Source: Haloferax volcanii DS2 (GTDB lineage: Archaea > Halobacteriota > Halobacteria > Halobacteriales > Haloferacaceae). From it: a DNA stretch of 32,000 nt. The stretch covers positions 2,670,001-2,702,000 of the forward strand of contig NC_013967.1 in the NCBI RefSeq assembly GCF_000025685.1. The letters are read 5' to 3'. Below are positions 18,332 to 27,427 of the stretch, piece after piece. The notes under the pieces are model-generated. The model did no database searches. It was not told where the DNA came from and saw nothing but the letters and a program-made list of their open reading frames with translations. Each line of letters opens with the position of its first letter. Within the stretch, counting starts at the first letter, position 1. Both the position numbers and the translations under genes were made by a program.

Positions 18332-20404
18332 TCACCCTTCGAGTTCGGTCTTCGCCACCTCCGCACCGGCGAACTCGAGCACCTCCCGTGCGCCGTCGCG
18401 CGAGTAACCCTGGTCGACGAGCGCGTCGATCCACGCGTTGCGCTCGTCGTCGTCCAGCTCGTTCGCGCTCACGAGCGCCGAGAAGTTGATATTGTGCTTC
18501 TTGTCCTCCCAGAGCTTGCGTTCGAGGGCGCGGCGGAGGCGGTCGTTGTCCTGCGGATTGAACGACGTGCCCTCGCGGGCGCGCCGGGAGACCCAGTTGG
18601 AGACCTCCTGTCGGAAGTCGTCCTTGCGGTCCTCGGGGATGTTGAGCTTCTCTTCGACCGCGCGGAGGAACTTCTCGTCGGGGTCCTGGTCGCGACCCGT
18701 CAGTTCGTCTTCGACCGTCGCGTCGTCGATGTACGCCATGACGTGGTCCATGTACTTCTCGCCCTGCCGGCGAATCTCGTCGATGTCGTAGGCGAGCGCG
18801 TGGCGCACGTCCTCGATGGCGCGCTCTTTGTACTCCTCGCGGACCATTTCGAGGTAGCGGTGGTAGCGTTCGAGGTTCTCCTCGGGAATCGACCCGTGGT
18901 TCTCGAGGTTCTCTTCGAGGTGGGTGAAGGATGACAGCGGCGAGAGGTAGCCCCGGCCGCGGTGGGTCGCGTCCATGATGGCTTCGGCGATTTCGTCGCC
19001 GATGAACCGGGCGGAGACGCCGTCCATGCCCTCTGCGATGTCGGCTTTCTTCTCGCCTTCCTCGCGGAGTTTGCGCACGTCCACGTCGTCGCCGTCGTCC
19101 AGCTCGCCGTTGTAGGCCTTCGCCTTCTGGACGAGCGAGATGGTGTCGGAGTCGGGTTCGACGATGCGCGTCAGGACGCCGAACAGCCCGGACATCTCCA
19201 GCGTGTGCGGCTCGACGTGGATGTCGGGCACGTCAGCGTTCCGGAGCATCTTCCGGTAGATTTCGGCCTCCTGTTCGTACTCGAGGACGTACGGGAAGTC
19301 GATGCGCTTGGTCCGGTCGTTGAACGCCTCCATCTTCTCGTCGCCCTTCTTCTCTCGGTACTCCGGCATGTTCGTCCGCCCGACGATGACCTGGTCGATG
19401 TCGATTCGGGGGTTGTTCTTCGGCTTGATGGTCTGTTCCTGCGAGGCGTGCAGGAAGTCGTAGAGGAACTCGCGCTGGAGCTTCAGCAGTTCCTCGCCGG
19501 AGAAGATGCCGCGATTCGCGTTACAGAACGCGCCGGCGTAGTCGAACGCCCGCGGGTCGGACTCGCCGTACACCGCGAGTTTCGAGTAGTTGACGTCGCC
19601 GGTGAGTTCGGTCTCGTCTTGGTTCTTCTTGTCCTTCGGCTCGAACGTCTCGATGCACTGCCGTTTGTTCTCGGAGGCGACGAGTCGGATAACCTCGATG
19701 TGGTTCGCCACGACCTCCTCTAGGTCGTCGTCGTAGTGGGCGAGCAGCCGGTCCATGTAGAACTCCGAGGCGGGGTCCAGCGCCTGGTCGTTCCGGATGG
19801 TGTACGGCGCGTCGAGGTTCTCGTTCAACTGCTCGATGACCACGTCGCGCTGTTCCTGCGGGAGCAACACGAGCGGGTCCTGGTTCATCGGTGACTGGAC
19901 CACGTCGTCGGAGGGGTCCTGGTCGCGGATGACGTCGCCGAGGTTCGTCCACCGGAAGGTGTACATCCGCCCCTCGTCGGACATCGTGTAATCCTCGAAG
20001 TAGCGCCGGGAAATCCAGTCGAAGTGGGACTTCCCGGAGCCGACGGGACCCAAGAGGAGTTTGATGCGTTTTTCGGGGCCGAGGCCGCGGGCCCCCGATT
20101 TCACCTTGTTGACGAACTCGTGAATCGACTCGTGGACTTCGCGGCCGTAGAAGACGTTTTCACCGTCGTGAAGGGGGTCTTCGGAGGCCATGAGGTACTC
20201 CACGACGCCCGCGTCCTCGTCGTAACGGGTGCCGTAGAAGTCGAACATGTCCGCCACGCGCTGGTGGGCGTTGCGAGCGATCTTTGGGTGAGCGTAGACC
20301 TCTTCCAAGTACCACTCGAAGCTCTTCGCCTCGCGGAGGTCCGCGGGCACGGAGTCTTTGTAGTGCTTGCTCAGGTCTGCGAGTGTTTCAATTTCGCCGG
20401 TCAT
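18332..20404 (-). CDS. prkA: PrkA serine protein kinase (AAA+ N-domain plus kinase-like C-domain)
   Basis: 690 aa. 'RIKLLLGPVGSGKSHF' Walker A and N-terminal 'FEWYLEEVYAHPKIARNAHQR'. The stop is 2 nt before the next start (TGA-CC-ATG). Confidence 0.9.
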   Translation of the reverse strand: MTGEIETLADLSKHYKDSVPADLREAKSFEWYLEEVYAHPKIARNAHQRVADMFDFYGTRYDEDAGVVEYLMASEDPLHDGENVFYGREVHESIHEFVNKVKSGARGLGPEKRIKLLLGPVGSGKSHFDWISRRYFEDYTMSDEGRMYTFRWTNLGDVIRDQDPSDDVVQSPMNQDPLVLLPQEQRDVVIEQLNENLDAPYTIRNDQALDPASEFYMDRLLAHYDDDLEEVVANHIEVIRLVASENKRQCIETFEPKDKKNQDETELTGDVNYSKLAVYGESDPRAFDYAGAFCNANRGIFSGEELLKLQREFLYDFLHASQEQTIKPKNNPRIDIDQVIVGRTNMPEYREKKGDEKMEAFNDRTKRIDFPYVLEYEQEAEIYRKMLRNADVPDIHVEPHTLEMSGLFGVLTRIVEPDSDTISLVQKAKAYNGELDDGDDVDVRKLREEGEKKADIAEGMDGVSARFIGDEIAEAIMDATHRGRGYLSPLSSFTHLEENLENHGSIPEENLERYHRYLEMVREEYKERAIEDVRHALAYDIDEIRRQGEKYMDHVMAYIDDATVEDELTGRDQDPDEKFLRAVEEKLNIPEDRKDDFRQEVSNWVSRRAREGTSFNPQDNDRLRRALERKLWEDKKHNINFSALVSANELDDDERNAWIDALVDQGYSRDGAREVLEFAGAEVAKTELEG

Positions 20405-20937
20405 TGTTCGTGGAGCCTCGTCGGACCAGCCGTCCGGTTAGACGACCGAGGGCGACGCGCCCGCATTCGCGGGTCGCAGACGACACACCGCGAACCACGG
20501 ACCCGCGGCGCAGACCGCGGGCAGTAGGTCGAAGTGCGTCGCCGCCGCTGCGCGCTTACGACGGGTCGGCGACTGGCGACAGAATCGGCAATTTGCGGAC
20601 GATGCGCGACGGCTCGCTCGGCCCGGGGACCGAGACTACCAGTCAATGAGGGACGTTAACATATAACGCTTTCTCTGAAAGTAGTCAACATATTGTCTCG
20701 AACGCCAACCAATCCAGATACGTACCACGTCTCGTGACCCTCCAACCTGCCGAAGTGTATCGATTTAATCGGCGGTTCAGTCGACTGTCGGTGTCGTTAA
20801 TCGGGTCGGCTGGGATTCATGTCGTCTCCGATGGGTCGCGTTCGAGGCCCGAACCACGCGCTTCGAGCCGGGTCGAGACGACCGGCCTTCGGCGCGGAAG
20901 CGGGAAGGCTTAGGACGCGCGGCGGACTAGCACACCC

Positions 20938-21318
20938 ATGACCAACCTGCCCGACGGGTGGACCCTCTGGAACGACGAACACGAGGGTCGGCGCATCCTC
21001 GCGTTCCGCCCCGACGTGTTCAACGAGAGCGCCTTCCCCGCCGAGTGCATGCCGACCGTATTCGTGTGGAACGGGTCGCGGGCGAACCGCCCGGGCGCGA
21101 CGCAGATACGCACCAAGACGTGGCACGCGGTGCTCTATCTCGAACCGGAAATCGAGGTCGTCGTCGAGGAGTTCGACTCCCGCGAGGCGGCCGTCGACGG
21201 CGCGACCGACATCGCCGGGCGCTTTGCCGACGGCGAGATAGATTACCGGAGCGCCTACCAGGTCCCCCGCGAGGACTACTTCGAGAAGCTCGACGAACTG
21301 ACCGGGCGGGAGCCTTAA
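20938..21318 (+). CDS. conserved haloarchaeal hypothetical protein
   Basis: 126 aa, acidic, clean ATG ORF with high GC3 (MTNLPDGWTLWNDEHEGRRILAFRPDVF...). I cannot name the family with certainty. Confidence 0.6.
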   Translation: MTNLPDGWTLWNDEHEGRRILAFRPDVFNESAFPAECMPTVFVWNGSRANRPGATQIRTKTWHAVLYLEPEIEVVVEEFDSREAAVDGATDIAGRFADGEIDYRSAYQVPREDYFEKLDELTGREP

Positions 21319-21342
21319 CCGCCTCGCAGGAGAATCCCCGCT

Positions 21343-21792
21343 ATGACCTCCGTCACTCTCGTCGGTGCCCGCCTGACCGACCCCGGCACCGAGTTTGTCT
21401 ACCACGGTGAATCGAGCGCCTGCGAGGGCTGTCCGTATCGCCGCCAGTGTCTCAACCTCATCGAGGGCGTCCGCTACCGCGTCCTCGACGTGCGCGAGAA
21501 CACGCAGGTCCTCGACTGCGCCGTCCACGACGAGGGCGTCCGCGCCGTCGAGGTCGAACCGGCCCCGGTCACGGCGAACGTCCCCTCGAAGGGCGCGTAC
21601 GCCGGGAGCAAGGCCAGCCTGCAAGGTCCCTGCCCGCACACCGAGTGCCCGAGCCACGAGTACTGCGTCCCCGAGGGGGCGGAGTTCGACCAGGAGTACC
21701 GCATCCACGACGTGCTGGGCGACCCCCCGCACGACCACTGCCACCTCGACCGGAACCTGACGCTCGTCGAGTTCGAACCCGCCGACGAGTAG
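21343..21792 (+). CDS. UPF0179 family Cys-rich protein
   Basis: 'MTSVTLVGARL', 'CEGCPYRRQC', 'CPHTECPSHEYC'. Length and cysteine pattern fit archaeal UPF0179. Confidence 0.8.
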   Translation: MTSVTLVGARLTDPGTEFVYHGESSACEGCPYRRQCLNLIEGVRYRVLDVRENTQVLDCAVHDEGVRAVEVEPAPVTANVPSKGAYAGSKASLQGPCPHTECPSHEYCVPEGAEFDQEYRIHDVLGDPPHDHCHLDRNLTLVEFEPADE

Positions 21793-21879
21793 GCGTTCGT
21801 TGCGGTTCGCGCCACCGACGCGGTCGCTGATTCGTGGGGAGGACGACGAACAGACGGGGGAAACGAGAGAACCGACCGA

Positions 21880-22746
21880 CTACGGGAGCGTGCCAACTTT
21901 CTCGCCGGCGTAGCCGAAGATGTCCGCGTAGCCGTACGCCGAAAGGAGAATGGGGTAGAAGTCGCGGTCGGCGACGAACTGCTCGGCGTCGGCGCGGGCG
22001 AACGTCTCGCCGGCGACGACGGGTTCGAAGTTGGTCGCGTGGACCTCGTACTGGTCGGCCGGCGGCTTGGGAAGCCGTTCGAGCAGGCGGAACACGTCGA
22101 GGCTGTTCTCCTCGGGGATGCCGAGTTTCAGGCGGTCGTCTTCGGTCTGCGACGCGGCATCGTCGGGTGCGCCGCCCTCGCGTCCCCCGTCGCTCGCAAC
22201 CGCGGGCGCGGGGAGGACGTTGGTCGCGGTGAGGAACGCCCGGATGAGCCAGTAGGCGTTGTCGGCGGCCTCGTCGGACTTCTGGAGGCCGGCTTCGACC
22301 TCGATGGTGTGGGCGTGTTCGATGAGGCGACCCTCCGCGAAGTGGTTCGTCTCGACGGCCACGTCGACCGGGAGGCGTGGAAGAATCGACCGGGAGATGG
22401 CGTCGACGGCGTCCACGATGGCGAACGGTTCGGCGTACGACTGGGTGGAGTGAATCGAGAAGGCCGTGGTGCCGCGGACCTCGCGGCCGAGGTCGTGGGC
22501 GAGGCGTCGTTCGTGGCTCTCGGCGTTGGGGTCGCCGGGGAACGCCCGGTTGAGGTCATCGTCGAGGTAGCGCTCGTCGGCCGCCAGCGCCTCTTCGTTA
22601 GCGACGATGAGCTTCACCGGCCGTTCGACGTCGGGGTCCTCCGCGACGAATCGCTCGATGGCGCGAGCACCACAGGGCTCGTCGCCGTGGATGGACCCGA
22701 CGACGGAGACTTCCGGCGTGCCGTCACCGAGTTCGTAGATTCGCAT
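21880..22746 (-). CDS. succinylglutamate desuccinylase/aspartoacylase (AstE/AspA, M14-like) family protein
   Basis: 'VVGSIHGDEPCG', 'DDDLNRAFPG', 'FSIHST'. Confidence 0.85.
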   Translation of the reverse strand: MRIYELGDGTPEVSVVGSIHGDEPCGARAIERFVAEDPDVERPVKLIVANEEALAADERYLDDDLNRAFPGDPNAESHERRLAHDLGREVRGTTAFSIHSTQSYAEPFAIVDAVDAISRSILPRLPVDVAVETNHFAEGRLIEHAHTIEVEAGLQKSDEAADNAYWLIRAFLTATNVLPAPAVASDGGREGGAPDDAASQTEDDRLKLGIPEENSLDVFRLLERLPKPPADQYEVHATNFEPVVAGETFARADAEQFVADRDFYPILLSAYGYADIFGYAGEKVGTLP

Positions 22747-22865
22747 TGCCGGTTCCTAGAACTGGACGCTAATGGACCTTTAGATTCTCCCGGTTCGCGC
22801 CGCTTTCGCGGACGTGTCAGCCGAGACGGTCGCCTCGGAACTTCGGTACCTCCGGTCTGACGCGA

Positions 22866-23351
22866 TTAGTGGTCGAGCCCCTCGACGTAGTCGTAGTCGG
22901 CGGGGTAGGCGGTCGCGCGGTGTCCGTCGAGGGCTATCTGCCAGCCGTGGAGCGCCGTCGGGTCGTCCAGCGCCGCCCGGAGGGTCGCGCGCACGTCGTC
23001 CACGTCGACGCCGTAGAAGTCGCTCGGGACGCCGCTGAGATACTCCAGCGCCGTCTCGAACAGCGACCGCATCCCGACGTCGTTCTCGAAGTCGAAGTGT
23101 TTGTACGCGCCGGCGGCGACCTGCACCATCCCGTGGAGGAAGGCGCTTTCGGCTGTCCCCGCGCCGTAGTTGTACCACTCGTCTTCGAAGCAGTCGTGGC
23201 TCTCGTGGAAGTCGCCGGCGTTGAACAGGCGGACGCCGTGTTCGACCGCCCGCCGGAGCGTCGCGTGCTCCCACATCCGCAGGTCGTCGTCCCACCCCGT
23301 CGGGTTGCCGAGCGGCGGGGCGACGCTCGGGTCGCGGGTGTGTTCGTCCAT
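22866..23351 (-). CDS. DUF309 domain protein
   Basis: ATG at 23351 (MDEHTRD...). '[21 protein letters not shown]...[17 protein letters not shown]'. Confidence 0.7.
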   Translation of the reverse strand: MDEHTRDPSVAPPLGNPTGWDDDLRMWEHATLRRAVEHGVRLFNAGDFHESHDCFEDEWYNYGAGTAESAFLHGMVQVAAGAYKHFDFENDVGMRSLFETALEYLSGVPSDFYGVDVDDVRATLRAALDDPTALHGWQIALDGHRATAYPADYDYVEGLDH

Positions 23352-23449
23352 GTGAGTCAGGGCGACCGGAAGGCCGGTAACTCCATCGGTGGCGACACCA
23401 CGGACTCGTCGTCGAGCAGTTCGGCGGCCTCGTCTGACGTTTCGCAACG

Positions 23450-23455
23450 TTTTAG
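23450..23455 (+). promoter_or_regulatory. TATA-like box for tRNA-Leu
   Basis: TTTTAG lies about 30 nt upstream of the tRNA 5' end at 23483, within otherwise GC-rich sequence. Confidence 0.3.
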
Positions 23456-23482
23456 CGGTCCCCCTGTCGTACTTGAGTACGC

Positions 23483-23566
23483 GCGAGGGTAGCTAAGTCA
23501 GGAAAAAGCGGCGGACTCAAGATCCGCTCCCGTAGGGGTCCGTGGGTTCAAATCCCTCCCCTCGCA
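23483..23566 (+). tRNA. tRNA-Leu (anticodon CAA), class II with long variable arm, no encoded CCA
   Basis: Acceptor GCGAGGG/CCCTCGC. Anticodon stem GCGGA/TCCGC with loop CTCAAGA. Variable arm CCCGTAGGGGTC. T-arm GTGGG-TTCAAAT-CCCTC has one T-T mismatch. Discriminator A. Confidence 0.9.
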
Positions 23567-23599
23567 CTTCTGTCGAAACGCGACGCGATGAGCGGTGGG

Positions 23600-23619
23600 T
23601 GCGTCCTGCGGGATTCGAA
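23600..23619 (-). pseudogene. tRNA 3'-terminal fragment (T-loop, 3' T-stem strand, 3' acceptor strand, discriminator)
   Basis: The minus strand reads TTCGAAT-CCCGC-AGGACGC-A. The 5 nt before the loop (CCGGA) cannot pair with CCCGC, so this is not an intact T-arm. Confidence 0.4.
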
Positions 23620-24410
23620 TCCGGGCGTGTAAGCGGCCGCCGTGAAGTCGCGGCCCACCTTCCACGGGCGAGCACACGGACGCCGAGGTGGGTCGCCGTT
23701 CCATATAAACCCGGTCGGGCGACCGCCGACACCGTCTTTTCTACTCCGGTGAGTTGTTCGGCCACGCCGCCGCGGAAGGGACGCCACGCGTCTCTAGAGA
23801 CATCCCGAACAATTCATCATGAACAGACCACGTTTCCGGTGAAAATGGCCGGGAGAGAGCCGACCGATGACGACATTCGACGGCGGCTTCAACTGACCTA
23901 TCGGACGGTCTGACTATCGTCGTTCCCCGACTATTCAGAAAATATCAGAAACGTTCATTATGTTATCGGACCTACAGTAGTGTTGCCGGAAGCGCAAGGG
24001 CGCACCGGACGACCAAACCGAATCCGTCGGGCGACGTGAAAGGCGTCGACGATGGTACGCATCGCAAGGTGCGGAGGAATGGAATCGACGCGAACACCGA
24101 GTCTTTCGTAACAGGAAGACGAGGTCAAAGTACCGAAGAGGAACCGAAACAGCCCCGTAACCGCTCTGCGAGCGAGCGGCGGGAAGACCAAGTACCGGAC
24201 CACGAGGAATCGGAGTTCGGGAAGTCGGCGCAAGCCGAATACGGTCGTGAAGGCTGTGGAAAACGTCTTCCGTCCGGGTTCTAATTGCGGATTCTGGCTT
24301 TTCCGTTGTTCGCCCTCTGAGCGGGCGAGCCGTCCCGCGCGGCGGCGCAGTTTACGACACGACGACGCGACGCGTCGGGTCGCCGTTACGGGAGCGACGT
24401 TCCGCCCGGA

Positions 24411-24707
24411 TTACGGCTGCACCAACTGACTCATCAGCCGGAGATACTCCGAGGCGACGAGCGGTTCGTCGGCCGCGGTCCGCTCGACGGCCGCCACGCC
24501 GTGTTTCAGTTTCTCCTTGAGCGGGCTCGGCGGCACCTTGTGGCCGAGCACCCGAGACGCTTCCTCGACGTGTTCCAGCGCGGTTTCGGCGTCACCGGCT
24601 CTGACCGCCGCTCTGGCGTCGTCGAACGAGTCCGCGAGCGACTCGCGGACCCGCGCCGGGAGGTCGATAGCGTCTGACACGCCACGAGCTAAACCGCCCA
24701 TCGACAT
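24411..24707 (-). CDS. small helical hypothetical protein
   Basis: The internal ATG at 24707 of track ORF 24411..25127 gives an acidic 98-aa product (MSMGGLARGVSDAIDLPARVRESLADSFDDARAAV...). The longer ORF overlaps the IMPase gene antisense and is Ser/Ala/Arg-rich. Confidence 0.55.
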   Translation of the reverse strand: MSMGGLARGVSDAIDLPARVRESLADSFDDARAAVRAGDAETALEHVEEASRVLGHKVPPSPLKEKLKHGVAAVERTAADEPLVASEYLRLMSQLVQP

Positions 24708-24771
24708 AAGCCACCGGGCCGCGTCGCCTCCGAGTCGGTGGATATAGGCACCTGCCGGTTCTGTCACGCCC

Positions 24772-25569
24772 ATGAACGAACTCGACGCCCGGGCGGACCG
24801 GGCACAACGCGCGGCCCGCGACGGCGGCGCAGTCGCGCGGCGCGCCTTCAGAACCGGCATCGCCGTCGAGACGAAAGGCGGGAAGACGGACGTGGTCACG
24901 CAGGCCGACAAGGACGCCCAGCGCCGCGTCGTCGAGCGAATCCGCGGCGCGTTCCCCGACGAACCCATCGTCGGCGAGGAAGAAGACGAACGCAAATCGG
25001 TTCCCGAGTCGGGGCCGGCGTGGGTCGTTGACCCCATCGACGGCACGAACAACTTCGTCCGCAACGTCCCGGTCTGGGCGACCGCGGTCGCCGCCGTCCG
25101 CGACGGCGACCCGATCGCGGCGGCCAACTACCTGCCCGCGCTGGACGACTGCTACGCGGCCGACGACGAGACGGCCTCCCGAAACGGCGAGGAAATCTCG
25201 GTGAGTCAGCGCGACGACCCCGAGACGTGTACGGTCTGTCCGACGTTCTGGTGGGACTACGACGCCCGCGACGAGTACGCCGCCGCGGCCCGCGCCATCG
25301 TCACTCGCTTTGGCGACCTGCGGCGCTACGGGAGCATGCAGGTCGTACTCTCGTACGTCGCCGACGGTTCGCTCGACGGAGTCATCACGAACAAGCGGGC
25401 GAACCCGTGGGACTCGGTCGCCGGCGCGCACCTCGTCCGGATGGCCGGAGGCACGGTCACCGACCTCGACGGCAACGCGTGGCGACACGATTCGGAGGGC
25501 CTCGTCGCCTCGAACGGCCACGTCCACGACGCGGTGCTGGAGGCGGCCCGCGAAATCGACGGGCGGTAG
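24772..25569 (+). CDS. inositol monophosphatase family protein (IMPase/FBPase-like)
   Basis: 'WVVDPIDGTNNF', 'NPWDSVAG', 'EEEDE' metal-binding region. Confidence 0.85.
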   Translation: MNELDARADRAQRAARDGGAVARRAFRTGIAVETKGGKTDVVTQADKDAQRRVVERIRGAFPDEPIVGEEEDERKSVPESGPAWVVDPIDGTNNFVRNVPVWATAVAAVRDGDPIAAANYLPALDDCYAADDETASRNGEEISVSQRDDPETCTVCPTFWWDYDARDEYAAAARAIVTRFGDLRRYGSMQVVLSYVADGSLDGVITNKRANPWDSVAGAHLVRMAGGTVTDLDGNAWRHDSEGLVASNGHVHDAVLEAAREIDGR

Positions 25570-25684
25570 CACCGGCGCGAAGCGGGCGGCCGATTCCGGC
25601 GAGCCGAGGCCGCCGAACGCCGCCGCCGACGCGGGCGGATTCCCATCCGCAAGTGCGAAGTTACCCCCCATCAGAAAGGATAGC

Positions 25685-26155
25685 ATGGACCTCGACGCGA
25701 CGGACCGGGCGATTCTCCGGATTCTGATGGAGGACGCGCGGACCCCGTTCAGCGAAATCGCCCGCAGAATCGATATGTCGAGCGCGACGGTTCACGACCG
25801 GGTCGGCCGGATGGAAGACGCCGGCGTCATCGAGGGCTACCACGCCCACGTCGACCCGCGGCAGGTCGGGCTGGGAACCTCCGCGCTGGTCGGCTTCCGG
25901 GTGAAACAGGGCCGCGAGAAGGAGGCGCTCCAGCAGCTCCGCGACATCGACGGCGTCCAAGAGATTAACCTCACCACCGGCGAGTGGGACGTGATGCTCC
26001 GGGTGTACGCCGAGGACACCGACGCCCTGCGCGAGCTCATGTTCGACCACATCGCCGAACTCGACGGCTTCTCGCGGTCCCAGACGATGGTCATCCTCGG
26101 GACCGAGTACGACGACCCGGTGTTGCCGATTCGCGAGCCGGACGACGAGGACTGA
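25685..26155 (+). CDS. Lrp/AsnC family transcriptional regulator
   Basis: 'LDATDRAILRILMEDARTPFSEIARRIDMSSATVHDRVGRMEDAGVI' plus a C-terminal RAM-like domain. ATG at 25685. Confidence 0.9.
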   Translation: MDLDATDRAILRILMEDARTPFSEIARRIDMSSATVHDRVGRMEDAGVIEGYHAHVDPRQVGLGTSALVGFRVKQGREKEALQQLRDIDGVQEINLTTGEWDVMLRVYAEDTDALRELMFDHIAELDGFSRSQTMVILGTEYDDPVLPIREPDDED

Positions 26156-26268
26156 ACCCCACCGCGGGGGCGACTCGCAGCGACGGGAACTGACTCACCC
26201 CGCCGAGGCGTGCGCCGGGAGTGCGAGAGACCGGAACCCTCAACAGGCCCGCCGTCGGGGTATCGGCT

Positions 26269-27408
26269 ATGGCAACGGTAGCAGAGCGAATGGGTCTCGA
26301 CTCCGAGCGCCTCTGGGGGCTCGGCGTCGCGGCCATCCTCGTCGCCCTCGTCGGCGGGTCGCTCGCGTTCCCTCGCGTCGTCTACGACGGCTTCGTCTGG
26401 CACTACTTCTGGGGACCCGTCCAAGCCGACGCGAACTCGGCCGTCTGCGCGGTTCGCGCGGGCGGCGTCACCCAGTACCTCGACACGGCGTCGGCGTGCA
26501 CCGCCGCGGCCGAACCCGTCGCGTACCCCGGCTACACGCTCGTCTCCGAGGTCGGCTACATGGTCACGCTCGTCATCGCCCTCTCGGGCGTCGTGTTCCT
26601 CCTCCGCCGCCTCGACATCGGTGAGCGCCCGCGGTTCTTCTACGCCCTCTTCCCGTTCATGCTGTTCGGCGGCGCGTTCCGCGTGGTCGAGGACGCCAAC
26701 GACGCCCCCGGCGTCGCCGACGCCCTCATCACCTACCCGCTGAACACGCTCGTCATCAGCCCGGTCATCTACGTGACCGTCTTCGCAATCACGCTCGTCG
26801 CCGTCGTCGGGAGCGTCCTCGCCGAGCGGCGGGGCCTCGTCGACGACTACGTGAAACCCCTGTTCGGGGCCGGTCTCGCTGTGCTCGCGGTCACGCTCGG
26901 CTACCTCCTGTGGGCCGGTCTCACCGGCGCGCAGGGCGCGACGTTCTACCCGCAGGTGCTCGTCGTCATCCTCGTCGGCGCGACGCTCACCGCCGCGGCG
27001 ACGTGGTGGCTCGTCGAGCGCTTCGCCCCCGAAGTCAACGAGGGGACGGGATACATCGGTCTCGTCGTCATCTGGGGCCACGCCATCGACGGCGTGGCGA
27101 ACGTCATCGGCCTCGATTGGATGACCGACCTCGGCGCGGGGCACAACCTCGTCCCGAAGCACCCGGTGAATCAGGCGGTCGTCGACTTCACCTCCTCCAC
27201 GCTCCCCGAGTCGGTGCTGGCCGTCACGGGCGACGCGTGGCCGTTCCTGCTCGTCAAACTCGTGGCCGCGACGGCCGTCGTCTGGGTGTTCGACGAGCAG
27301 ATATTCGAGGATAGCCCGCGCTACGCAATCTTGCTTCTCATCGCCGTCCTCGCGGTCGGGCTCGGGCCGGGGAGCCGCGACATGCTCCGCGCGACGTTCG
27401 GCGTCTAA
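26269..27408 (+). CDS. DUF63 family archaeal membrane protein
   Basis: '[18 protein letters not shown]', polytopic, '[18 protein letters not shown]', 'KHPVNQ'. ATG at 26269. Confidence 0.8.
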   Translation: MATVAERMGLDSERLWGLGVAAILVALVGGSLAFPRVVYDGFVWHYFWGPVQADANSAVCAVRAGGVTQYLDTASACTAAAEPVAYPGYTLVSEVGYMVTLVIALSGVVFLLRRLDIGERPRFFYALFPFMLFGGAFRVVEDANDAPGVADALITYPLNTLVISPVIYVTVFAITLVAVVGSVLAERRGLVDDYVKPLFGAGLAVLAVTLGYLLWAGLTGAQGATFYPQVLVVILVGATLTAAATWWLVERFAPEVNEGTGYIGLVVIWGHAIDGVANVIGLDWMTDLGAGHNLVPKHPVNQAVVDFTSSTLPESVLAVTGDAWPFLLVKLVAATAVVWVFDEQIFEDSPRYAILLLIAVLAVGLGPGSRDMLRATFGV

Positions 27409-27427
27409 TCGACCCGCCGTCTCCTCT

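Noticed and set aside
20820-20941. A 40-aa ORF (MSSPMGRVRGPNHALRAG...) ending in an ATGA overlap with the 20938 gene.
   Set aside because: The peptide is strongly basic and Arg/Gly-rich. It lies across the likely promoter of the downstream gene and has no supporting features.
23845-23913. C/D-box sRNA (ATGACGA ... CTGA ... CTGA), or a 22-aa micro-ORF (MAGREPTDDDIRRRLQLTYRTV).
   Set aside because: The C box has a mismatch, there is no C' box, the spacings (19 and 13 nt) are non-canonical, and the terminal stem is poor. The micro-ORF has no supporting signal beyond being open.
23950-24305. RNase P RNA or SRP (7S) RNA in the ORF-poor gap.
   Set aside because: The size (about 310 nt) is reminiscent of 7S RNA. 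However, I find no helix-8-type CCGGAAGGGAGCA-like core in the right order, and GTAACC occurs 3' rather than 5' of the CCGGAAG. For RNase P, neither GAGGAAAGTCC nor ACAGAACCCGGCTTA is present; there is only a partial AGAACCCGG on the minus strand.
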